Below, piece by piece: positions 17,509 to 33,517 of a stretch of 64,000 bases of DNA (its first letter is position 1; each line of letters starts with the position of its first letter). The stretch lies in NCBI GenBank assembly GCA_964016885.1, contig OZ024761.1, positions 19,840,001 to 19,904,000 on the forward strand. Reading direction: 5' to 3'. The position numbers and the translations under genes were made by a program. The DNA comes from Eledone cirrhosa (taxonomy: Eukaryota). The notes beneath the pieces were generated by a model. It did no database searches. It was given only the letters and a program-made list of their open reading frames with translations, and was not told the DNA's origin.

Positions 17509-17854
17509 CAATGATATTAAATAAATGGAAACTATATTTATAAAACCACGTTTATTCTATTATATATATTTCAAGGGTACCAAAAAACTCTGTATTTTAT
17601 CTGATGAAAGCGTACCAGTGTTTTATAAATTTTGACATAGCCAAGGATAATCATACCTTATCAGTTGAATTTTCTTGGGTAGTCAAGAAAATTCAACTGA
17701 TAAGGTATGATTATCCTTGGCTATGTAAAAATTTATAAAACACTTTGTATTTTATCTGATGAAAGCGTACCAAAGTTTTTTGGTACCCTTGAAATATATA
17801 TAATAGAATAAATATGGTTTTATAAATATAGTTTCCATTTATTTAATATCATTG
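17509..17854. repeat. 346-bp near-perfect palindrome containing a family-B hammerhead
   Basis: Arms CAATGATATTAAATAAATGG.../...CCATTTATTTAATATCATTG; centre TTCTTG ggtagt CAAGAA at ~17672-17689. Confidence 0.9.
17748..17810 (+). ncRNA. type I hammerhead ribozyme motif (family B)
   Basis: TATTTTAT-CTGATGA-AAGCGTACCA loop TGGTACCCTT-GAAA-TATATA-TA-ATAGAATA; 8-bp stem I, palindromic TATATA stem III; predicted cleavage after 17802. Confidence 0.78.
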
Positions 17855-18504
17855 AATATTTACTCCAGAAAACTGTTGAGTTCTCTGAATCAGTTATAAA
17901 CATTTATATTTGTTGGATTTCCAACAAATTAAATATCCCTTCTACTTATATATGTTTGTGTTCGTAAGTGTGTGCTTGTTTGTGCATGTACGCACAATAT
18001 GTATACACATATATACGTATACAGCTGCTATTTCTAACATTTTACAGGATAAACAGGTCGTGTGGTTTAAGGGTTTTCGCTGCTATTTCTAGTATAAGGT
18101 AGCCATTTTGGTTGGGCGGCTGTTTGAACGTTCAACATGGTAGTGTCAGGTTAACGGTAGTACTGGCTGCGTGAGCTGGTTAGACGTTTGTTTTTTCAAA
18201 TAAGGGAAATAACTGCGTCGAGACCAATTTTTTCCTAGTTATTTGCCTTTCACCACAAAAATTATTAAACTTTAATATTTCCCTTAATAATGCACGTTTT
18301 TTAAATGAAATTTTGTAGCGATATGTATTAAAATGTGTAGATTGCAATTATTGAGATGAAATATATATTTATGGGAAATTTCTAAAACTGGAGTATATGT
18401 TTACAGGTAAATTTGGCTGCTACTTCTAGCATTTGCTAATAATTAAATATATGGTTGTGTGGAAATTGTTACTATTACTAGCATTTTCTAAGTCACCAAG
18501 ATAC

Positions 18505-18735
18505 GGTGTGTGCGTATAGCTCACCATAAAAGAACTGCCTCGGGATACGATGATCATCCATTCTTACATCTTAATGTTGAAATATGAGACTATACAGGTA
18601 GACTGACTCTGAAGTCCTTGAACGTAGTCAATCACCAGTGGATGTCGAAGACTGTTGGTGAAACTGCTCCAACCTTTTGAGATGCCTTCGGTAAGCGACA
18701 CTCCTCTCTGGCAAGTTGCATATAAGCTGCACCTC
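18505..18735 (-). mobile_element. decayed RTE LINE ORF fragment (downstream of RT)
   Basis: Manual translation gives YRRHLKRLEQFHQ and RMDDHRIPRQFFYGEL, typical RTE/BovB C-terminal motifs; frameshifted between them. Confidence 0.8.
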
Positions 18736-19229
18736 ATTTAGGCAAACACAGAAAGCCAGGCTTCTCCTACATCACCCACCACACATTTCATTGCAACTCC
18801 AGCACTATCACCTTGCAGGGTGAACTGGGTGTATTTTTATCTTGGCATCAACATTAGGGAGGTCATACCAACATGGAATAGGTGGTATCAGGTGCTGATG
18901 GTTGCCAAAAATCTATCATGACTTTATGGAAGAACCTTGGATAAGTCATGTGCTAAACACCAACTTACTAAAGAGCAACTTATCAAATCCTTCCAAAATC
19001 TAGATTATTCTAAATTATAGGCAGTATTTTCTTAAATGTTTGGTAACAAAATGGCTAATATATATAAACAGTTTGGCCTATATCCTTATCTTTCTTCCTA
19101 AACAGTTTGTGCCACAATAAAAGACCCCAACCAGTTCTGGTGCAACGATCAAAACCAAACACGACTGACAAGGAACTTTTTCCGGTTTTTTTTTGGGTTT
19201 TTATGTTTTTTTTTTTCAAAATTTTGGTT

Positions 19230-22653
<3,424 letters not shown>

Positions 22654-22817
22654 TCAATCTTCATCATCAGCTTCGTGTAACCAGTTAAAGAAGGCAGCAA
22701 CCTGTTTCAAAGCAACACCTTTGCCAGGTGAACCTTCACTTTTCTCCCACTGGAAGTAGGCCTCATCTAATATTACATCTTCATCATACAATGTTTCAAA
22801 CATCATCCTTAGAACAT
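22654..22817 (-). CDS. EIF4G: eIF4G terminal coding exon (W2 domain C-terminus)
   Basis: VLRMMFETLYDEDVILDEAYFQWEKSEGSPGKGVALKQVAAFFNWLHEADDED*; CAG acceptor, TGA stop. Confidence 0.95.
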
Positions 22818-24602
22818 CTGTGTTGAGAAAAATATTTAAAGACAAAAGGAATGTATTAGAAAAAATACCAACTTCCAGTTAAAAACAAAATATTAAGTTT
22901 ATTAATTTACAGTCTACAATGATATGTGAGTATATCTGGTTAAGTTGGACTGGTTCAGACTTCTGCCTGCTACTGGTATAATGTAACCCAGTACAATCTG
23001 GTCGGTGACTAAACCACATTCCCTACAAGACCAGAAAGTGGCAGAGGTTAACCAGGAAGGGGTTCTTCCAACAAGAGTGAGAAGGCCCTGGATTGGATCT
23101 GATTTAGAGTAGGTACACCGCTTCCCAGTGTTGTAAGAAGCCATTGAAAGGGTTTGCACTGGGAAAGGCATCTAGTCATAAAATGCTGCATTAACTTTTG
23201 ATAAAAATTTACCCAAAACTAGCTCTAGTTCTATAAAAGAAAACCACCCATATTAAAGGGTTCCTATTTAAATCAAAATCTTCCAACATAATTTTATATA
23301 AGGACCATATGCGAAGTTGCTATCTTAGCAGTAATGAGATCATTATCCTCATCTGCTTTCCCTGCCAGTTGTCACAGCAAATCTGTACTTAAATCAGAGC
23401 CACTGATCTTTTAGATGGGCTGAGATCTCATTTTCCTTACACACATTCCTACATTCTACAAAGTGTGTCATGCATTTTATCATGGCACCAACACTACCAC
23501 TTTAGAGAGTGTATTGTGTTTTATCATGGCACCAACACTACCACTTTAGAGTGTATTGTGTGTTTTATCATGGCACCAACACTACCACTTTAGAGACTGT
23601 ATTGTGTGTTTTATCATGGCACCAACACTACCACTTTAGAGAGTGTATTGTGTGTTTTATCATGGCACCAACGCTACCACTTTAGAGACTGTATTGTGTT
23701 TTATCATGGCACCAACACTACCACTTTAGAGTGTATTGTGTTTTATCATGGCACCAACACTACCACAACCCAGTTCAGGAATCAAACCCATGACATTATG
23801 ATCCCAAGTTCAACACCCTAACTACTAGGCCATATAACTTTACAAGTGAGACAGATCTTGGGGTGAGATTGAGAGAGCTGAGAACTAGATTGGAACTTAC
23901 TTTGTGGGTGCTCCAGTTTAAGGTCTAGAGCTTGCAGTGAAAAGAGAGCCTCTAACTGCAGGTTAGGCTTTTGGCAAAGATATTTTTGCAAGACTTCACA
24001 TCTTGTTTTTATTATAGACTGCGAAACTTTACGTTCTGAAATATTGAAGACAAAAAATATATCAACCATAAAAGTTCAAAAAACAAACATACACAGACAC
24101 AAAAGAGAAACCCACACACACATCAATGTTTAACGTCTATCTTCCACGCTAGCATGGGTTAGACGGGTTTGTCCTACTTGAAGCAAGTTGGGTCAGGTGA
24201 TCATGTATGTCTCGCTCGTATAGGACTGTTTCACACACAAACTCAAACATGCACACACTAGAGACAGACACACACACACACGTTTATTTAGTGACATAAA
24301 TCAGTAATATCTCTCCTTACCAACAATTGCACTTGAGCAAATTTCAGTCATAAGAATTCTAATGAATGCCTCCGTCTCTGTAAGAGATTGCTGAAGTTCC
24401 TGGACATGAAAATATATTAAAAAAAAAACGAGAATTAAAGAAGAGGGGAAATGTTAAATAAAACCAACTATAATATACATACATGGTCCCGTAACTCATG
24501 AGAGAATCGTAGGGTCACTGTATTGACAGTGTTTCTAGGGCATTTTAAAACCTAGTGGAGCACATCTCTCCAGGTCTGAATACAGCAGATTTCTTCCAGA
24601 GA

Positions 24603-24650
<48 letters not shown>

Positions 24651-27600
24651 GTGAGGAAGAATCGACCCCAGTACTTGAGGAATACTGAATTTATGTTAAA
24701 TACTCGACAACCTAATTGAAAAAAAAAAGGTGACATTTTCATTAGCACAGGTGTTCCTAAAAACAGGTGTGATTTATAGTTCTTAATATAACTCACCTCA
24801 ATAAGATCAAAAATAGGTTTGTTATTCAAATTGCAGGTTTTAAGCAATTCGTGCAACTTATTCTCAAAATCAATTAACAAGTAGTCAGGATTATCTTTGT
24901 CGAACATGAAATCCAATTTCTAAAATAAAAAGCAAAAATACATTATTTTACGATATATATATATATCTATATATATACATACTTACATACATACATACAT
25001 ACATACATAGTTTGTAAGGGTGGTTGGTGACAGTAAGGGCACCCTGCTGTAGAAACCACGCCTAAGAGCTGAGAAGACCCTTTAGTTGTGTCAAAGACAT
25101 GACAACCTCCCTAGTGTTGGTGATCTACATGATAAACACACCCAGTACACACTGTAAATTGGTTGGTGATAGGAAGGGCATCCATCTGTAGAAAACTTAC
25201 CAAAACAAGGGGTTGAGAAAACCCTTCAGTGTATATCAAAAGACATGACAACTTCTCTACACTCAATATGACCGTATGTTAAGCAGGGTACAGATCCTTC
25301 GGTCTGTCTGGGTGGACTGGGTACTTTTTATCATGGCACTAATACTACCACCTTACAAGGTAGACAGGATGCTTTTTGTTGTGGCACCAACCCCACCACC
25401 TGACAGAGTGGACTGGGTATTATTTTATTATGTCACTCACCACCACTACTACAAAATCTGTTGAAAGCTTACAGGAAAATGTTTTACTTACATGGTCTGA
25501 TATAAACTCAGACATTTTTTCAGTCTTGTAGAAATCAGAGAGCTTCAAGTCAAATGATTCCCAGAGTTCTCGCACTTTATTTTCACCCTAAAAACAATGA
25601 TTTAATAAAGTGTAATTAATACAAAGCATTGTGGGATATGTAGTAAAAGACTGCTAATGACTTAATACAAGTAATTAGATAGATTTCTTTATTAGCCACA
25701 AGGGCGCAACAAGAAAAGGGGACAATACAAAGACATGCCGGGGATTTTACATAGTCATGTAAAAAATATAAAAAACAATTTCAACAATCGAAATCCCCAA
25801 TAGGGGGGAGGCGCCACAAATGGGTTGTTTAATACCCCGTCGATAGAACAACCCTCAACTCCAGGAGCGTGTTGTGCAAGTGCTCCTTTCTTCCTTTTGC
25901 TCTCTTCCTCAAGTAATTAGATAAACACAGCAATATAAATTTGGCAATTACATAATCCAGCAGTTCAGATCTCTAAAAATTAAGATATTTTTATGTCCAT
26001 TTGCCTTCAGAATGATTTTTCTTTGAGCATCCGGCTTACAACAGGTATGCCACATCTCCCAGTGTCACAACAGGCATGCCACATCTCCCAGTGTCACAAC
26101 AGGCATGCCACATCTCCCAGAATCACAACAGGCATGCCACATCTCCCAGTGTCACAACAGGCATGCCATATCCCTCAGTGTCACAACAGGCATGCCATAT
26201 CCCCCAGTGTCACAACAGGTATGCCATATTCCCCAGTAGCACCAGGTAGAGCATCCTTCAAAAGGTATCCCATCATCACATGCTGTGTATGAAGCCTATG
26301 TGGGAGCAGGGCTTTCAAGTTTAGCCCTTGTTTCAGCAGGGGAAGGATTACATGATTATGAAGCCTATCATAGAGCCCACAGTGCTAACTCCTGCTTTAG
26401 AAACTAAAATTGGAGCAACGTGAAATAAAGTGTCTTATTCAAGGACACAACACACCACTAAGCCATGCGCCCTCACAATATACCAATTAATGAAATAGAT
26501 GGGATCTATATCATCAGAGGATCCTATTTTCACACACACAAACACTCACATAAATACAAACACATATTGGTTGGTTGTTACCATTTGAGTGACAAGTTCT
26601 TTGAGTATTTCAGCAATGAAAACACCTCCTTTATTCGTAGCCTTTAAGGCCTCAGCCATCTCTTTTAAAATTGTCCATTGTAGCCTTCCCTCGCCCAGCA
26701 AGGAAGAAATTAATTGAGCAAAATATGTCCAAATTCTTGGTACATCTATCTCCAAATCTTCAGCATATTCCAAAACATCATTCATGCTACAATGAGAAGG
26801 AAACCGTGAGAAGAAAAAAGAGGAACAAAAACAAAACAGAAAATTTGAAACTCTATTGTCAGTAGAGTGGCAACAGTAACAAAGGATCAATGTAGCGTAA
26901 CGTGTGTGTAAAAGGTAAATAGAAATAACACAATCAGTACAGTATATGGAAGGAATATATTAGTGTAATGCTTGAAATAGCAGGAAGAGGGTCTTAACGT
27001 TTCAGATGCAAATCCTTCATCGGTGTGTAAGGACCCCTGACTCATAGAACACTTGGCAAACAAAGGGTAAAGAGGATTGTACAGTTATGTGAAAGGTATG
27101 ATAACTTCTCTATTGCTGGTGCCATGATTGCCAAGTGCTTCTTGTAGAACACCGAACAAAAGGACAAAGCAACACACACACACACACAATAGTTACTTAC
27201 CCATTTAAGAAATCTGATTTAGAAATTGTTTTATTATCGACGAGATGATAAATTAGGGAGCCTGTCAGTGTTCTAGCTGGTTGTGTTAAATCAAGTACGT
27301 GACTGATAGCTGATGATATGAACACTTGGATATTTCTTGAGGATTTAAACTTAAAGAGAGATACCATCACTTCCTGAAATGGAAAAAATATACATAGTCA
27401 ATATTATAAAAATATTTCTAATGAAAGATATTATTTATGATTTTCAAATACTTTTGGAAATAAACAAGAATTTAGAAATATATAAATAACTTTCTCATTA
27501 TTAAACTAGTGTTTGGAATGTAACAACCATTTCAAATGAAAGACACTGCCAATGATTTCAAACCATTAAAAAAATAATCCAGAATTTGGAGGGATCTAGT

Positions 27601-28365
27601 AATATTACTGACGTTCTTGTTAGTAAATTGGTGTTTGGAACATAAAATTATGATAGATTTTTTTTTTTATAGATATATATAAACACCTTAAAACAAACAT
27701 AGAACCAGGGGTAGCTTCAGAATCTTGTGTATGTGTATATTTACATTGACATTGCTTAACCTGTGTCTGTTGAAGTCTCGTAAATTCACAGACAAATTGA
27801 TTGATATGAATCAACTAAAACTCTTGTGCCCCAGCAATGACCGCAATTAAATGGCTGAAACCAGCAACCAATACAAGAACATACACAGAACAAAATGAAG
27901 TGTTTACCTCAAGATCTTTGTTATTTAAGTAACCATCAACAATAAAGATTGTCTTCTTCTTCACTTCAGCCTCACTGATGGGTTTACACTGGGCTGCAGC
28001 CAATTCTATTTTCTCTTGCTTTGTGGGGTAGTCCGAAGTAGAATTGCTGGCGTCATAATTTAAAGGTTTGCTGTCTTGGAACATTCCATTTTCACAACTA
28101 GCCATCTTTGAATCCCGGGAGTTTTCCCTCGAATGAAGCACAGACTGACGATTCTGACTGCTCTCTCGACTTCCAATTGGAGTGTGCATACTGCGATTTC
28201 TGCTATTTTCTCGACTGCGGATCTTTCGAGACCGACTGTCCTCACGAGTCTGTCCTCTTAAAGGAGTGAGATTATCACTAGAAATATAAAATTTATATTT
28301 TGTATTGTACTATCAACGACAATATGCATTGTATGTTATTTTGTGTGTGTGTGTATATGTATGTG

Positions 28366-28399
<34 letters not shown>

Positions 28400-31300
28400 A
28401 TATAAGTATATTGTTATACTTTGGGAAGATCATGCTACCAATAAAAACACACACCTGTTGGTTATCACTTCAATCTATTATAAACTATTTCTACATATAA
28501 GCTGAACATTTATCTAATTATATACTAGAAATAAATTATTAAAATATCATTCTTATCTTTGATTACTTCCACATGTCAGTAATCAACATATTATAGGGTT
28601 TCTCATATGCAAGCCATATACACTCATTACATTTACCACACAGTATTATCCTACTACATATCCTTATTTACTAAGCTTGAGTGTCTAGTTTATAGTAGGT
28701 AGGCCATAACCCTGCAAGTTGTAAGAAGTGACTAAAAGGGTTGGTATCATTCAACGTAAAAACATTACCTCAAATACCATTCAACCCATGCCAGGCTGAG
28801 TTGGGTCCCTACATTTCACTTACATATGACCATGCATTCTATTGAGTATATTTTATCATAGCATCAGTACTAGAGAGGCTGTCATGTATTTGACACAGCT
28901 TATGAGTTCTCCCAACCCTTTGTTTAGCAAATTTTCTAAGGTTGGATGCCCTTCCTATCAGCAGACCACCACACCACCAATCCAAGACAAAGTACATAGC
29001 TACTTACTTTGAGCCACGTCTCTGAACATTCTTATCTTCTTGCGAAAATCTGCGATGCATTGCCTTTCCACGAAAACCACTTAACTGATTCCGACCAGAC
29101 TGAGCAGGAGAAGGTCCTGCACCAGAACGAGATCCACTTCGGCGATTACCCATGCCTGCACGTCCAAACATCTCTGGCCTGTTCTCCTGACCACTACTCC
29201 CCATCATATTAAACAAATCCTCCTCGTCACCACACAAAGCCGAGAACCTGAAACGACAGTTAAAAAACATAGAACATTTGTTAAATTTATCTTTCAAATA
29301 CTTAATCCAGAGTTTCTTTTATATCCCATGAAATCATCATGAAAATAAATCTCCAAGATGCATGACAGGGCAAGTATTTTGGGAGAAGACCAACAGTTGC
29401 TCATGCATGCAAGTCTCCCTTTTCGATGCCACCCGAGAGAGCTGGAAACAAATACCACAAATCATTCTATCTGACGTTCTAACGACTGCCAATTACCCGG
29501 CTAAATCAAAAGTAGCAATAATTACCTATTAGCTGGTGTTGAAAGTCTTTCATTCTGTTGATTACTTGAACCACGATTGCTGCTGCTGCCTCCTCCCGTA
29601 CTACCACGTGCCCACATACTGAATTTGTTAGAACCGACATTTGGACACAACTGTATATTGTCATCATTCTTGTTCTGTAACACACAAATAAAAAACAATA
29701 AATCATCATCCTCATCACCGTTTAATGTCTATTTATCATTCTTGTATGGGTTAGATAGGTTGTCACATTTTGAGGTTAGTCTAGGGAAAATATCTTGCTC
29801 ATATATTCCATATTGGGCTTCATTTCTACGGCTCGATGCCCTTCGCCAACCACATTGATAGCATGGACTGGGTGCTTTTTGTCATGTCATCAACACGACC
29901 ACCTTACAGGGTGGACTGGATGCTTTTTGTCGTGTCACAATATTTACATACACCCTCACTCACTCATCACCACCACCACCTCCACCTACCAAATAAATAA
30001 TTTCTAATATTGGCACAAGATGAAGAATGAGATGAACGGAGGAAAGGTGTGCTGAAAAACACCCATGGAAAAGTGGACATAAAATGATAAGGATAAAGAA
30101 AAAAGAAGAGAGGAAATAATTTGGTGTTACGAGATATATTTGTACCTTAGGTAACCACATTTTAGTATGGTCAATTGGCGCTCTAAGAGCTCGTCCTCCT
30201 CCAACTGTATTCCAGCCCTCACTGTCGTTAGCCTGTGGTGGTGTGGGAGGTCCCATAGAGCCAGCACGCCCACTTCGGTTACGTTGAGAAGGAAAGGACA
30301 GCTGTGTGGCAGCAGCTGCATCCATCTTCTGTCGGTGTTCAATTTCCTCGTTCTCTATGTCCTGGTGAAGTTCTTTCAAGGTCTTTGGGCCCTTCTCTGC
30401 ACGCCGTGGAACCCATTTGTTTTTGCGCAGATCAATAAGATCCAAGAGCATAAACCGAATGCGCGAGGATGTTTCCCGACCTCCAACAATTGCTTTAATG
30501 TCTTTGAAGTAACGATTCATTTCCTCATTCTGAAACGACAACCAAGAAAATAAAGACCAACATATATCACAATAATAGTTTAGAATTTAGGTACGCAGCC
30601 TAATGGTTAGAGTGTTGGGCTCATGCCTATCGCCGACTAATGTCTATTTTCCATGCATGGGTTTGATGTCATGTTTTGAGGTTAGACAGGTCAGATGATT
30701 GTGTCTTGTTCAGCTTGCGTTCCATTCTGCTATGGTTCCTACAGCTGGATACCATTCATAACATTAATCATCTTACAACATATTTAGTTGCTTTAACGGC
30801 TGTTCTAGTGTTCAAATACACTCACTTCGTCTCGATTTTAGACAACATTGTTTTAACCCTTTAGCATTCACATTGAATTGTCAAATGTCATGTTCATCTA
30901 TTCGCATTATTTTCACTTAATTATACTCAAGAGGGTTATCAATTTTATTTGTTTGTAATTACTTTAATTTTCTATGTGCAGACTTGAAATTTTGTCAGTT
31001 GATGTTTAAATAACTATAATTTACAATTATATATTTTTACCTGATTTTTTTTTGTTAAATTTGACTTTTATGGGCAGGTGAAATTAATTAACAGATGTAA
31101 AAGTAATAACTTTATGGATAAACACAGAAATTTAAACTTTATCTGCCTTATCTGTTAGATTTGTTGCAAAAAAATCCAATAATGACCTAGATGCTGATTT
31201 CCATCAATTCTAGCAGTTTTCCGAACAGGTGAATTAATTAAAAATGCAGGTGTAATCAGTACACGGTTTTAGTCTTTCTCTACATTCCAGGCAAATATTT

Positions 31301-33485
31301 TCATTGAAAAAAATGTATAAAACCTTTTCACCGGTCAAAATAATATTGGCAATGTACTCTGTAAATGTACGGTGTAAAATTACGTAACAGAAAGTTCCCA
31401 ATATATAAGTTTATACACACTTTTAAATTTTTCTGACAATATTTCAATTAATGGTCGTACTTTGTACAGTGGGTCGTAATTTGATTCATTTCTACCAGGG
31501 GCATTTGAAGTATCAACCAGATGCAAATACTGGTTTAATTTAATGAATCTCGTTTTTGCCATAATACTAGAAGATATATAAGGGTACCAAACCTTATATC
31601 AGTACTCCAATAATTCCACAGTCGTGGAAATTGTTTAATACCAAACATAATATTTAGGGTAAAAAACGCTTTCATTTCGGCAGAACCTGCCGGACGCCAT
31701 AACAGATCGGGTTTTCCGATATTAGAAATTTGTTGTTGTGCATAGCGATTTGCCACAACTTCGAAGAAAGATTGTGGTAAAAATAAAAAATAAAATCCAG
31801 TACTTTAGCATCGGGTGGTAATGTGTGTTGTGGTCCAATATTTTCAGTAAAATCCGAAACATGTATCGATGTTTCTTTCAACCACGTTGCTGTTTTTTCA
31901 ATGGTGTCAGTCAAATCTCTTTCAAAGTAACTATCATCATTATCAGATATATCAGAAATAAATATATCTGATTCGTTTGAAGATAAATCACTGATATTAT
32001 CTTCTGTTTCTTTTTGATCTCGAATGTCGTCGGACGTAAAACCTTCAAATTCGTTGTCGCTACTTTCGGAAGCCATGTTACACTTTCAACGTTAAAAACA
32101 CGTGTTATCGCAAGTTCTTTAACTATACTAAGAGTTAATTTTCGCGTGTAAGGGCTTTATCTCGCAGTAATCTCGAATTGACGAGATTTCGATGATGTCA
32201 ATGTTTATTTTTAGAAGGAAATCTCCGTGTGGTATTAAATGTCGGTTTTTGTCGCTTTGAATGCTAAAGGGTTAATTATATATATGAATACAAAAGATAG
32301 AAGATGAAGAAGACAAGTCTGTATATTTACCTTTGCTTTACTTTCTATCACTTTCCCAACCGTAGATATCAATTTACACATACATTCCAATTTCTCTTCA
32401 TCTGTAGAAGATGATAATCTTTCCAGACAACCGTGCATTATATCTAATTTTACCATGTTCATTTTAAACAATTCTCCAATAAACCTAAAAAGAAAGAAAA
32501 TATTATTATTGTACAGAATTTTAAATAAGAGGTAATATAAAATTTTATCTCCACCAAAAATGAAATCATCATCATTATCATCATAATTTAACATCTGTTT
32601 TCCCAACTAGCGAGAGTTTTAGATAAATATTATTTTGTATATATGGTAGTCATTCATGCTCAGTGTGAATCTTACCTAATATTTCCAACTGATTTACGTC
32701 TAGATATAAACATAATTGTGTCAAGTTCCTCTAATAAAATCTTCTTTTCCTCTTCCTGAAAAATGGAATAGATCAAATTTAAGACATGTTAACAAACAAA
32801 AGATACAGCTATAAAACTTCATATTTCAAAAATATATGACATTTATTGTAAGTATACAAAATGTAAGTTGACCTTAGAAAACATAATAGAGAGGTTATCT
32901 CAGTTCAGTGACAGAAATTTCATATTTGAAAAATAAGAGGACAAATTTGAGGAGTCAACATTAGAAAAGGGTGTTGATGAGGACAGCAAAGAAAAATCTT
33001 GATCCAGCTAAAGAAATTTTCTGACCTTACTAGAGCCAGTGTTGTGATCGTGTTAGATACAACATAATTACAGTATACGAGGGGATGCTGAAAAGTTCCT
33101 GGTTTTAAAGGTATTTAAGAAGCCTGGTTGGAGGCCAAACTTTCCGAGTTCTTTTTACAGGGATTAGAAAAACTGACGAAGTGCTGCAATAAGTGTGTAA
33201 AACAGAGGGGTATATGTTGAATAAAATCATAATTAACTGATCATCCTGTATTTTCTTTTACTCAAAGCGAGGAACTTTTCAGCACTGCCTCGTATAATCT
33301 AATATAAGCTGACACCCATTTACAAACCGAGGCAACTAATCAACACAGATTGTGTATATAAACCAATCTCCATTTTTACCAATGTTTTGGTCACATATTC
33401 CTTGGCTTATATTCCAGAATATACGGTATGTTTGCCTCAGTCCCATCCCAAATTCCCAAGGGATTAGCAGTAAATACAAGATAGA

Positions 33486-33517
<32 letters not shown>

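Noticed and set aside
18090-18200. GC-richer patch with a YY1-like GCCATTTT motif as a possible promoter
   Set aside because: Embedded in repeat-like sequence with no downstream exon I can identify.
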